A stretch of DNA of 21,946 nucleotides from Candidatus Thorarchaeota archaeon (GCA_016839605.1 JAEOTX010000181.1:1-21946), one strand, 5' to 3'. Counted from the first letter of the stretch, positions 1 through 9,171 are shown. Notes: a model not told the origin generated them from the letters alone. Translations and numbers: made by a program.

Positions 1-194
1 ACAACAGTTTCTACTCCGCCACCATGTATAAGCATCGCAATTGAACCAACATCCATCTCTTCGTTCCAGACATCAAGAGATATGGTGTCGATATACATTG
101 AAACACTGAGCAGCATCAATCCTACAAGGAACAAAGCAAAGGTAGTCAATCCGCGCCGCTGTCTGTTCTTCGTTTGAGGGTGTTTAGGAATCAA
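1..194 (-). CDS. N-terminus of a third FtsX/MacB-like ABC permease; runs off the left window edge
   Basis: Manual translation from TTG 194: MIPKHPQTKNRQRRGLTTFALFLVGLMLLSVSMYIDTISLDVWNEEMDVGSIAMLIHGGGVETV. This aligns with the N-terminus of 4265..7093 (RRRRGVTLLCFLL...MTVYVDSYSVHYWEEATDVGDVSLIVEG). SD-like GAGGTGG upstream. Not in the ORF track. Confidence 0.8.
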   Translation of the reverse strand, partial: MIPKHPQTKNRQRRGLTTFALFLVGLMLLSVSMYIDTISLDVWNEEMDVGSIAMLIHGGGVETV

Positions 195-281
195 GAGAGT
201 CGTTGAATTTCCACCTCAGTATGATGTGTAAAATTGGCGAGAAGCCTCCCTAAAAAGTTACCAATCATGACAACGTTAGGT

Positions 282-521
282 TTACTCGATTTCTTCCTTC
301 TTTGCCGCTATTAGCTCTCTCTGATGTATCCTTGCCATGTAGATGGAGTACATAAGGCCCACAAATCCAATGCCTACACCCAAGAGCCAAAGGTCACTCT
401 GCATAGGGTGTGAAAGCCAAATCGTTAGGAGATGGGCATTGACACTAAAGAAGAAGACTGCGAAGGTGACTATGACTGCATAGTATGACATTGGTAGACT
501 CTTTGTGCTCATTTTCATCAC
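282..521 (-). CDS. Small two-TM membrane protein in the ABC operon
   Basis: 79 aa with two hydrophobic segments and a charged C-tail; 27 nt downstream of the ATPase on the same strand. Confidence 0.75.
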   Translation of the reverse strand: MMKMSTKSLPMSYYAVIVTFAVFFFSVNAHLLTIWLSHPMQSDLWLLGVGIGFVGLMYSIYMARIHQRELIAAKKEEIE

Positions 522-548
522 GCAATATCTCTTGGGAAAAAGGATTCA

Positions 549-1451
549 TCAGGCCTCAGATGCCTCACCTGCCACTTCCTGCAAATCATTTTCCATCTCT
601 TCACTTTCGAGAGGAGTTACAAGGATTCCCTCGTTGGTCACTTTCAGAACAACTCTCTTTCCAATTCCAGCAAGCTTTCTCACCGTATCTGGAATCACCA
701 TACGCCCCTTGGCATCGATCTCAGTTATATCGCCGTACAGAGTGTGTCGCTGGCCTTCAATCAATCCGTCTCTGATCCGAATCACACGACTTGCGTATTC
801 AGCTACTCTTGGATTATGAGTAACATTCACGATACACGTACCAAAATCCTTGTTGATAGTCTTAAGAGCCTCCATCACCATCATTGCGGTTTCTGAATCG
901 AGCTCACCAGTCACTTCGTCAGCTAGGACGAGCTCTGGTTTGTTCGCCAAAGCTACACAGATGGCAACTCTTTGATTCTCACCCCCGCTTAGCTGGCTTG
1001 GTTTGTGAGTAACTCTTTCTGATAGACCCATCGTATCAAGAAGCATTTTTGCTCTCTCATTTGCGGCCGCCTTTGGTGCACCAGCGAGTCGCATTGGGAG
1101 TGTAACATTCTTGAAGGCTGTCAGCCCAGGCACTAAGTTGCCAGTTTGCCAGACAAATCCGACTTTAGCCCTCCGAAACAGCATTGATCGTCTATCATCT
1201 AGAAGAGTCAAGCTATTCCCGTCAAAGAGAATTGCGCCAGCGGTAGGCTTGTCTAGAGCTCCGAGCATTTTCAGAAGAGTTGATTTGCCTGATCCACTCG
1301 GCCCAACGATACTAAGGAACTCTCCGTGCCCAACCTCGAAATCTAAACCTCTGAGGGCAATGACTTCCTTCTGTCCACGTCGATAGACTTTCATGAGGTC
1401 TCTCACGACGACTTTGTTTTCATGTGCTACTTTTTCCAAGTCTTCTGACAT
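549..1451 (-). CDS. ABC transporter ATP-binding protein (LolD/MacB family) with C-terminal AbrB/MraZ-like domain
   Basis: Walker A GPSGSGKS, signature LSGGENQR, Walker B LVLADEVTG, H-loop VTHN. C-terminal extension EIDAKGRMVIPDTVRKLAGIGKRVVLKVTNEGILVTP. Confidence 0.95.
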   Translation of the reverse strand: MSEDLEKVAHENKVVVRDLMKVYRRGQKEVIALRGLDFEVGHGEFLSIVGPSGSGKSTLLKMLGALDKPTAGAILFDGNSLTLLDDRRSMLFRRAKVGFVWQTGNLVPGLTAFKNVTLPMRLAGAPKAAANERAKMLLDTMGLSERVTHKPSQLSGGENQRVAICVALANKPELVLADEVTGELDSETAMMVMEALKTINKDFGTCIVNVTHNPRVAEYASRVIRIRDGLIEGQRHTLYGDITEIDAKGRMVIPDTVRKLAGIGKRVVLKVTNEGILVTPLESEEMENDLQEVAGEASEA

Positions 1452-1454
1452 GAT

Positions 1455-4265
1455 TCATTCCACATATTGTATTTCTTCTGCGATGTTTCGTCTAAGATTT
1501 CTCGCAACGACGAAATAAGTCGCTGCAAGGGTGGAGAGTATTGCTGCTCCAAGGATAATAACTAGTAAAGCTATCGGCACTGCGAGGAGTACAGGAAGCC
1601 GATTCCATAGGGTTATTGTCATGCTACCCATATAGGTGAGTGGCAGTTGAATGACAAAGCTAGTAAGCAACAGACCCACCAAGCCACCAATTGCCGCAGC
1701 CAGAATCACTCCGGTCAATGACTCTATGAGCACTGCAACAAGGATTGCTCTTGACTCTGTACCTAAGGCTCGCATAACCGAGAATTGTCTTCTCATCTTA
1801 CCAAACCTAACCATCGCAACTATGAGTACTCCTGCAGTTAGGTAGAGAAATGCAAACACAACGTTTAGCGTGTAGGCGCCGTAGATTGACTGCCCCGCCC
1901 TTGACTCAAGTGCCGCATCTATGAGGGCTTGAGTTGAATCTATCGATTGAAAGCTGTGTGGTGCAACCTCATGGATGTCGCGCAGGACTTGCGTGTAGTT
2001 TGCCCCCTCTGCTAGGTCGACGTATATTTTGTCAATCCGTGAGGTATTGAGACAAGCATGGACATAATCAAGGTTGATAACTAGAAAGTTGCTTGCTGAG
2101 GATTCACCTGGAAGGTAGTTATTGCCCCCACGGGCTTCGTATCCGCTTGCCATGACATCTATGATAGTGCAGTCGCTCACATTCTCCCAAAACAAACCTC
2201 TCAGTGTCAGGGTAAGCAGATCACTGTATACAGGTGTGTACTGGTAGCCTTCATAGTGATCAACTGGCTTGAAAGAGGTTAGAATGCTGGTGTTATCAGT
2301 GGCTAGCTGAGGTATTGAATCTGAAGGAATTGTATCTTTTGTGAAATAGTCTAGCCAGAACGCGGAATCTAACCACTCATTCGGCTGAACACCATACACT
2401 GAAACACCGTGGCTCACTCTTTTTCTAGTGCCGAATTCCGATGTCCAATAACTCACTTCAGCATCTGTTCGAAACGTTCCACTGGCATGAGACACGCCGT
2501 CTATCGCAGTGATGTTCTCCAGAATATCGAGTGTTACATTCTGCAATCCAGGAGCGACTTCAATACTGACATCAGCTCCCACCTCAAAATTCAGCACTTG
2601 TTTCATGTGGGTTGTACCAGTTGTGGCTGACAGCGAAGAGAATATTCCCGCCGCAAACACCATTGCAACGAACATCACGCCCATTGCTTCGCTCTTCTTG
2701 AATAATCGGATGTTTCCTGAAATGACCCGAGAACCGGCATGTAGAGACTTGCTGCTTATTCGTGCAAGCACTTTGGATTTTAGGGACGCAGTAGGACGAG
2801 ATAGTAGCCTCGTTAATACTACCGTGAAGATACCCAATAGTGGAACTACAAACGCTGCAAACAGCATTGCACTATACATGCTCATAGACATGTAGCTCAT
2901 AGCAAGGAGCATTGGCGAGAGGAGATACCCTGAGATAGCTAATGCAAGGAGATCTATCCCTGGACTGCTCATTTTCTCAGCCTCAAGCAGGACTTCTCTC
3001 TCTATTATGCTATGCGCCTCTGTGGGTGTCATGAGCAATGCTCTAATTGCTGATGGAAGTGCTACTATCAATCCCACTAGGAAGGAGAACAGGAACACAG
3101 CAGTCACAGCTTCGGGGGTGAGAAGCAACGAAAATTCAGCCAGCATGTCCAATCGAAATGACAAGAATTCGCGAACAGTAGCTGAGAATAAGGCGGAGAT
3201 CGAACCTGTCATGATGGCTCCAAAGCTCCCCATGATTCCTGTTGCTAATGCTATACTCAAGACCCATCGGAATGCTTGCCAACCTGATGCACCACGAGTC
3301 TTGAGTGTTCCAACATCTCTTCGCCTTTCATCGGCAAGCAGATTGGAGTTGTAGTAAACAAGCATCACAGCCATGACCAATGTTGGAATTGAGAATGCTA
3401 ATGCTACAGCACGCATACTGGTTCCCCAAGACATATACTCATACACTGCCCACAGCAGAGCAAACTCACTGACTCTGGCATATGGCAAGGCCTGCTGCTC
3501 AATTCTATGCTCAATATCCTGCATAGCTGAGATCGGATCAAGAGATGAAATTATCTCATGGTCCATACTTGACCAGATCTCGTCCTGTACGCCGCCATAA
3601 TATCCTGTTTCATGCCCCTCGAAAGCTTGAAACAGACCTTCCCTGGTGGTGACCATGAGCAAAGCCGTACCGATTGAATCCTCCCAATAGTAGTGCTGCA
3701 TAAACAGACTGGTGGTGAATGTGCCGACAATAGTAAAGTTGTGCCCTATCTCGTACCACCACCCAGAAGTATCATTGTACGCCTCCATCGAAACAGTGAG
3801 GTTGTCACCAATCATAAGACCTAGTCTACTAAGCTTGGCCTCTTCGACAAAACATGTTGTGTCAGTGAGAATGGATGGGTCCGCTCCAATGTCAAGCGCA
3901 TCTGGGAATTTGTCATAGAATGTATCATTGACGCCAAGTAGTACATTGAATTGCTCACGGTAATCCTCCTGCCGCCAGTCATAGTATTCCAATCTTGATA
4001 CAGTTTCTGTTTCAATAATCCATTCTTGTGAACTTACTATTTGCTCTACATCTTCAATGGTTGTTTCGTTCTGGCTATAGAAAGTATAGCTGAAAGTGAG
4101 AGTCATGTCAATAGGGATATCTTCTGTCATCTCCGCGAGGACATTAGGTCCAGCACTGTCCATATAGAATAGAATGCCGCCCAAGACTCCAGCTGAGATT
4201 GAGAACACAATCAAGGTTGCTGCAACTTGAGGCGCCCGTGAAACTATTCGAGCTGTCAGGAACAT
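1455..4265 (-). CDS. Large FtsX-like ABC permease (duplicated MacB/LolCE topology)
   Basis: 936 aa with two FtsX signatures (ERRRDVGTLKTRGAS; RRQFSVMRALGT) and two large extracytoplasmic domains. TAATG overlap with the upstream permease. Confidence 0.92.
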   Translation of the reverse strand: MFLTARIVSRAPQVAATLIVFSISAGVLGGILFYMDSAGPNVLAEMTEDIPIDMTLTFSYTFYSQNETTIEDVEQIVSSQEWIIETETVSRLEYYDWRQEDYREQFNVLLGVNDTFYDKFPDALDIGADPSILTDTTCFVEEAKLSRLGLMIGDNLTVSMEAYNDTSGWWYEIGHNFTIVGTFTTSLFMQHYYWEDSIGTALLMVTTREGLFQAFEGHETGYYGGVQDEIWSSMDHEIISSLDPISAMQDIEHRIEQQALPYARVSEFALLWAVYEYMSWGTSMRAVALAFSIPTLVMAVMLVYYNSNLLADERRRDVGTLKTRGASGWQAFRWVLSIALATGIMGSFGAIMTGSISALFSATVREFLSFRLDMLAEFSLLLTPEAVTAVFLFSFLVGLIVALPSAIRALLMTPTEAHSIIEREVLLEAEKMSSPGIDLLALAISGYLLSPMLLAMSYMSMSMYSAMLFAAFVVPLLGIFTVVLTRLLSRPTASLKSKVLARISSKSLHAGSRVISGNIRLFKKSEAMGVMFVAMVFAAGIFSSLSATTGTTHMKQVLNFEVGADVSIEVAPGLQNVTLDILENITAIDGVSHASGTFRTDAEVSYWTSEFGTRKRVSHGVSVYGVQPNEWLDSAFWLDYFTKDTIPSDSIPQLATDNTSILTSFKPVDHYEGYQYTPVYSDLLTLTLRGLFWENVSDCTIIDVMASGYEARGGNNYLPGESSASNFLVINLDYVHACLNTSRIDKIYVDLAEGANYTQVLRDIHEVAPHSFQSIDSTQALIDAALESRAGQSIYGAYTLNVVFAFLYLTAGVLIVAMVRFGKMRRQFSVMRALGTESRAILVAVLIESLTGVILAAAIGGLVGLLLTSFVIQLPLTYMGSMTITLWNRLPVLLAVPIALLVIILGAAILSTLAATYFVVARNLRRNIAEEIQYVE

Positions 4266-7093
4266 TACACATCGCCTCCGTAAGGTCCTGCTTCAGCCCA
4301 TGCCGCATTTAGAGCCGCAGCTATATTGACTCTTGACCCGAGCACAGCAATTGCTGCGATGAACAATACTGTTGAAACAATGAAGAACATCAGCACAAGA
4401 ACTAGCGTTGTCCAGGGAATCACTGGAAATACAACTACAGGAAACAGAAATGACCAAGTACTATACGACCCCAGAGACGACAGTAAGGAATTGGCCATAA
4501 ATAGTGGGCCATATCCAAAGAGCAAGAAGATACTTACTAGCGTCAACACTAGAAGCTCTGCACCTTGTGCTCTAACAACGAGACTATTCTTTGCTCCCAT
4601 AGACCTGAGTAGAGCAATCTCTCTTTTCCTCGCCGTGATCCCTTCAACTGCATATATTCCAAATGCCCCAAGTATTACTCCTACCGTAAAGGTGGTGAGC
4701 ATTGTGTCTACAGCTCGGTCTATTTGATATGTTACTTGACCTAAGTAGTAGGAAATTTCGTGTATCACAGTTCCCCATTTTTCGAATATGATGACGCTTG
4801 ATCCTCCAGAATCAAGTACGTCAATTGCCATTGTCGTGCCGTTTGTTCCTGTCTTTGTGCTTGCTACACAGAAGTGATCTGTTGTCAAAGTTTCATTCAA
4901 CAAAGTTTCTGCATAGGCTCTATGGATCCACGCTCGGCGAGTTCCATATGACTCACTCCAATAAGGAGGGGGAGGAATGATCTGTGAGGCTGCATAACCG
5001 TATCCTCCATAATAGAAGACATCGCCGCCAGTCCGGTAATTTGAGTACTTCTCCAATATTTCTGGAATTGCGGGAGCAATGCCAATCACTGTAAACTCAA
5101 AGACTTGTGGTACTATCTCTTGTTCAAAGGCTCGAAGAAGGCTTCCCACTTCAAGACTATAGGTGTCTGCAATATCCTGAGTCACTATGATGCCTGTTGG
5201 GTTGTTCTCTAGTTCCATAAGGAGTGGGTTCAAGCTAGAATCATTGAGTCGCACTCCTGACTGGTCGTATCCGATACGACTATACTCCGCCGGGTCAATT
5301 GCAGCAAAATACGCACGACTATACCAGTCATCTGCTAAATATAGAGTTGTGACATCAATCTGTGTTACCTCTTCGGTTACAGCATGGCTTGATATATTCT
5401 GCAGGAATCCGTCCCACTTCGCTTCCTGAAGCGGATCGAGCTGAAACGCCACATCTGCACCCATTGCAAACCGTGAATGATTCATGTGAGTGGCAGGTAG
5501 AGTGCTGTCAACTAGTGCATTGTTCCATGCTAGACTGATCGCCAATACAAGGACCATAACAGCTGGCCCTGCTGATGATGCTTCTTTTCCGATGCGTCGT
5601 ACTCCGACCGATGAGGAAACTTCTCCCACTATTCTCACGAAACGCCTGGACAGCACAACGGATCCTCGTCTGAGACCTTTGACCACCAAGCTCGCTACCC
5701 CTAGAAAGAGAGGTAAGGGTGTGATTGATGCCAGAAAGCCAAGCAGGAAATTAGATTGTATCTCTGGTCCTCCTGCGTAGAGTGCAACCATAAGGAGTGA
5801 TGTTAATGCAACAATCATTACGTCCCATCGAATCAAAGTGAGACCTTTAGCGACTTTCGCCAATCTGCCTGTGTCTTCTTCCACAGTCTTTCGTGTTGAG
5901 TAAATGGCTCGATATCCAACCAATGTGAATACAGGCAATAGGAAGCCTATGACTAGAGCAATTAATAGTGATTCCAATGTGATCAGGAATGGCTCCTGAA
6001 TCATCAGCGCGAAGTCAAACTGGAAGAACCCTGTAGCGGCAATCGCTATACGACTTCCAAATAAACCAAGTATCGGGCCAAGTAAACATGATGCCAGAGC
6101 AATGAGAGCTATCTCTCGGTTAATGATCCCATTCACATCTCCCTCTGATGCCCCTCTTGCCATTAACATATTAGCTTCATACCTTCGCTCATTCACGTTG
6201 AAGCGAATGGCAAGAAAGCTGACCATCAGCACTAGAAGGATAATAGGTCCAGCCCTCATGATTTGGGCAAGACGAGTCGACATCTGCCATGAAATGTATG
6301 AGAAGACTCCCCTCTGCAAGAAGTCGTTGGTGTAGTACTGGGACCATGGAGTAGTTGGAGTATAGTTGGGATCCAATGAATAGATCTGTTCACTTATTCC
6401 TGTCAGGAATCTGAGTGCCCCCGAAGCATCAAACGGACTTATCCTACGCCTATCTACATTTGCATGAATTGAGGTCCTGTAGTCCTGCTCTCCTATGAGA
6501 GAATCCGCTACGAGTAAGTCGCAGTAGAAGTAGTAGTAGGTATACCAGTCATCGCCAGTAGAGTCTCCTATACTGAAGACACCTACGACTGTGACCTCAG
6601 ACGGTTCACCATAGTCTGTAGATGAATAATTCAATCGAGAACCAAGAGATATGTTCAACCAATCATCATCTACTATCCATTCGGTGATAGCGACCTCCGA
6701 CGAGTTCTGCGGCATTCTACCAGCGATAATTGTGTATATGCTTGGGAATGCCTCCAGGTATTCCGCAGTGGGTGCCCGAACTTCCATAAACCATTGTACG
6801 TCTTCATACCCGTCGTTGAAGAAGATGAACCCCTCTGAGCCTTCCAGAAGGATTGCTTCGGTTATCCCATCTATGCCCTGAACTTGCGACACAATATCTT
6901 GAATCTCATAACCTTCCACGATGAGAGAGACATCACCCACATCAGTAGCCTCTTCCCAATAGTGTACTGAGTAGGAATCAACGTAGACGGTCATTCCCAT
7001 TACTATCGTGGATACCAATAGAAAACAGAGAAGTGTTACTCCTCTGCGTCTTCTGCTTTGGAATGCTTCGTATCCAGCTGGGACAGCAGCCAA
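4265..7093 (-). CDS. Large FtsX-like ABC permease (duplicated MacB/LolCE topology)
   Basis: 942 aa with FtsX signatures ERRYEANMLMARGAS and RKREIALLRSMGA, plus GRMPQNSSEVAI typical of MacB extracytoplasmic core domains. TTG start with GAGGG upstream. Confidence 0.92.
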   Translation of the reverse strand: MAAVPAGYEAFQSRRRRGVTLLCFLLVSTIVMGMTVYVDSYSVHYWEEATDVGDVSLIVEGYEIQDIVSQVQGIDGITEAILLEGSEGFIFFNDGYEDVQWFMEVRAPTAEYLEAFPSIYTIIAGRMPQNSSEVAITEWIVDDDWLNISLGSRLNYSSTDYGEPSEVTVVGVFSIGDSTGDDWYTYYYFYCDLLVADSLIGEQDYRTSIHANVDRRRISPFDASGALRFLTGISEQIYSLDPNYTPTTPWSQYYTNDFLQRGVFSYISWQMSTRLAQIMRAGPIILLVLMVSFLAIRFNVNERRYEANMLMARGASEGDVNGIINREIALIALASCLLGPILGLFGSRIAIAATGFFQFDFALMIQEPFLITLESLLIALVIGFLLPVFTLVGYRAIYSTRKTVEEDTGRLAKVAKGLTLIRWDVMIVALTSLLMVALYAGGPEIQSNFLLGFLASITPLPLFLGVASLVVKGLRRGSVVLSRRFVRIVGEVSSSVGVRRIGKEASSAGPAVMVLVLAISLAWNNALVDSTLPATHMNHSRFAMGADVAFQLDPLQEAKWDGFLQNISSHAVTEEVTQIDVTTLYLADDWYSRAYFAAIDPAEYSRIGYDQSGVRLNDSSLNPLLMELENNPTGIIVTQDIADTYSLEVGSLLRAFEQEIVPQVFEFTVIGIAPAIPEILEKYSNYRTGGDVFYYGGYGYAASQIIPPPPYWSESYGTRRAWIHRAYAETLLNETLTTDHFCVASTKTGTNGTTMAIDVLDSGGSSVIIFEKWGTVIHEISYYLGQVTYQIDRAVDTMLTTFTVGVILGAFGIYAVEGITARKREIALLRSMGAKNSLVVRAQGAELLVLTLVSIFLLFGYGPLFMANSLLSSLGSYSTWSFLFPVVVFPVIPWTTLVLVLMFFIVSTVLFIAAIAVLGSRVNIAAALNAAWAEAGPYGGDV

Positions 7094-7103
7094 TTATTTA
7101 CCC

Positions 7104-7790
7104 TCACGCGTTAGTAATCAGTCCATCTCTCATTTTGAGCACGCGGTCCATCTTCTCGCCAACATCAGGATCATGTGTAACACAGATCAATGTGCCACCT
7201 TCCCCTTTCGTAAGCTCGATCAAGACCTTCATTATCTCTTCGCCAGTCGTGGAATCTAAATCTCCAGTTGGCTCATCCGCAAGGACGACAATAGAACTAG
7301 CAGAGCCAGGCGGCTTAGCGAGCGCTCGTGCAATTGCAACTCTTTGCTGTTCGCCTCCAGATAGTTCGTCGGGACGATGCTCGGCTCTCTCTGTGAGACC
7401 CACGAGGCTGATCAAATGGTCCACTCGAGACTTCCGTGTTTCTTCATCTACACCGCTGATAAGTAGAGGGAGTTCCACATTTTCATATGCTGATAACACA
7501 GGCAAGAGATTAAAGAACTGAAACACGAACGAGATCTTGTTTCTCCTTACTTGTGTGAGGTCTTTCTCGCTCATCTCTGTGATGTCTACTCCATCGATAT
7601 GGACCCTACCGCCTGTTGGTTTATCGAGAGCTCCTATGAGGTTCAGGAGCGTTGTCTTGCCAGATCCGCTAGGACCCATGATGGCTACGGATTCTCCTCT
7701 CTTGATAGTAAGGGAGGCCTCTCTAAGCGCATGAACAGAAATCTCTCCCATGGTGTATGTTCTTGAAACATCATCTAGGCGCACTATCAT
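7104..7790 (-). CDS. ABC transporter ATP-binding protein (LolD/MacB family)
   Basis: GPSGSGKT, FVFQFFNL, LSGGEQQR, LADEPTGDLD, VTHD. The true start may be the in-frame CTG at 7802, 6 nt from the SD AGGAGTGG. Confidence 0.96.
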   Translation of the reverse strand: MIVRLDDVSRTYTMGEISVHALREASLTIKRGESVAIMGPSGSGKTTLLNLIGALDKPTGGRVHIDGVDITEMSEKDLTQVRRNKISFVFQFFNLLPVLSAYENVELPLLISGVDEETRKSRVDHLISLVGLTERAEHRPDELSGGEQQRVAIARALAKPPGSASSIVVLADEPTGDLDSTTGEEIMKVLIELTKGEGGTLICVTHDPDVGEKMDRVLKMRDGLITNA

Positions 7791-7852
7791 ATCATCGTTC
7801 AGCTGAAACCACTCCTGTCTAGAGAATGTTTGCTATCTTGACCCCGTTCCAC

Positions 7853-7865
7853 GATTTAATAAATC
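7853..7865 (-). promoter_or_regulatory. Probable TATA box of the ABC operon, embedded in a palindrome
   Basis: GATTTA-A-TAAATC is a 6-bp inverted repeat; the minus strand reads TTTATTAA about 55 nt upstream of the ATPase start. Confidence 0.45.
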
Positions 7866-8082
7866 ACTCCGTTCGAGTACAGAACAGAGAGATGGCTTGA
7901 GTACTTCGAGGAATTTCTGGCTATAAACTCAACTATCTGAGAAAGAATGTACACCAATCCGAATTCTCTTTCTTCCCACAACCCAATTGTTTTTTTGTAC
8001 AATCGTTCAATGCTATCATACGAAACTTTATCAGAAATTTAGGTATTATCTGATTGTAGAATAGTAACAGGTGCAACAAGGA

Positions 8083-8727
8083 TTGTCTGATGAAATAATG
8101 GAAATGCGCTATGAATTCTTCAGTTGGAGAGGATTCCTTGTTGGCGCTGCGATAATTTCCGCAGCCCTCGTTTTGCAATCGTTTCTTGGGTTTCCCAACA
8201 TATGGGTTGAGAGTGGAACACAATTCGCCATTCAGATAGTCCTTACAGGCATTGTAGTAGGTATCGCATCAGGGAGCATCTTGGTCTTCCTGTATCCGCC
8301 AAACCAGGACATAATTGGAGTGGTTGGTCTTGGGAGCGATGATGCACCACAGTATCTGTCACTTGCACTCGTAGTCATTGCCTTGGTAGACCCGATTCTA
8401 AGCGGTTTTATCTTCTTCTTTGACTACTTTGCAAACGACCCATTCATTGTGATTTGGGTCATAGCGAGCTTCGCTGCTCCTAGTGTAGGTCTTACTGCGG
8501 CAATGTTTGACCGGACAAATGCGATAGCAGCAGATCTCAGGCTATACTTTGCACATCACGATAAACTTGTGTTGACCAGCCTCGACTGGCTACAAGGAGT
8601 GGGGCCTCGAACCGCGATGTATCGAATGGGCATGCTAGAGAATGCTGCAAGGAAATTCGAAGGACTTCGTTTCTCAGGACATGTCATTATCAGAGAAAAG
8701 GATACTTTCTCAGTGAAGAATGAATGA
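8083..8727 (+). CDS. Hypothetical membrane protein (about 4 TM plus soluble C-terminal domain)
   Basis: Clean ORF with four hydrophobic segments. TTG 8083 preferred over GTG 8071 because AGGTG (SD-like) overlaps the GTG. Confidence 0.8.
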   Translation: MSDEIMEMRYEFFSWRGFLVGAAIISAALVLQSFLGFPNIWVESGTQFAIQIVLTGIVVGIASGSILVFLYPPNQDIIGVVGLGSDDAPQYLSLALVVIALVDPILSGFIFFFDYFANDPFIVIWVIASFAAPSVGLTAAMFDRTNAIAADLRLYFAHHDKLVLTSLDWLQGVGPRTAMYRMGMLENAARKFEGLRFSGHVIIREKDTFSVKNE

Positions 8728-8738
8728 ATGCTGATTAC

Positions 8739-9053
8739 CTACTTCTGATGTTTTTTCTTCATGTGACTCGCTAGTCCTTCCTCAGTCCACGCAACCCATT
8801 CACACTTGAGACAACTAAGCTTGGAACTACCTAAGCCAAACCTCGGCGCAGCCTTCTCGGTTAATTCGTAGATAGTGCCTCCATATCCACTGTGCTTCTT
8901 AGTGTTCACCTTGAATCGCTTCCTAAAACAATCAACACAGATACACATGTCTTTTCGAGCATCGTGTATGAACTGCTCTTCCAGATTTTTCGCGATTCCT
9001 ATAGGGTCTACTGTCTTTCCACAGCTTTCACAATTATCTACCGTGTTAACCAC
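8739..9053 (-). CDS. Small basic double zinc-finger protein (N-terminal C4 plus C-terminal C2H2)
   Basis: CESC...CVDC and CLKC-x12-H-x4-H (CLKCEWVAWTEEGLASHMKKKH). GTG 9053 preferred; ATG 9101 is the alternative. Confidence 0.85.
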   Translation of the reverse strand: MVNTVDNCESCGKTVDPIGIAKNLEEQFIHDARKDMCICVDCFRKRFKVNTKKHSGYGGTIYELTEKAAPRFGLGSSKLSCLKCEWVAWTEEGLASHMKKKHQK

Positions 9054-9133
9054 GCTCGCCGTGTATTGTAAGGAGAATCTTCTATGCTGTCTGTAGCGCA
9101 TATCTGCGGAGTATAAGACTATTTCCAGTCATT

Positions 9134-9170
9134 CGCTAATCTTCTTATCAAAGTCAAAAGAGAATTAGCG
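9134..9170 (-). terminator. Stem-loop immediately after the GTPase-like gene stop
   Basis: CGCTAAT...ATTAGCG 7-bp inverted repeat with extra imperfect inner pairing, directly after the TAG. Confidence 0.4.
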
Positions 9171-9171
9171 T

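Noticed and set aside
7933-8223. 96-aa minus-strand ORF and its Cys-containing tail
   Set aside because: Mostly antisense to the membrane protein and its promoter; no SD or recognisable motif.
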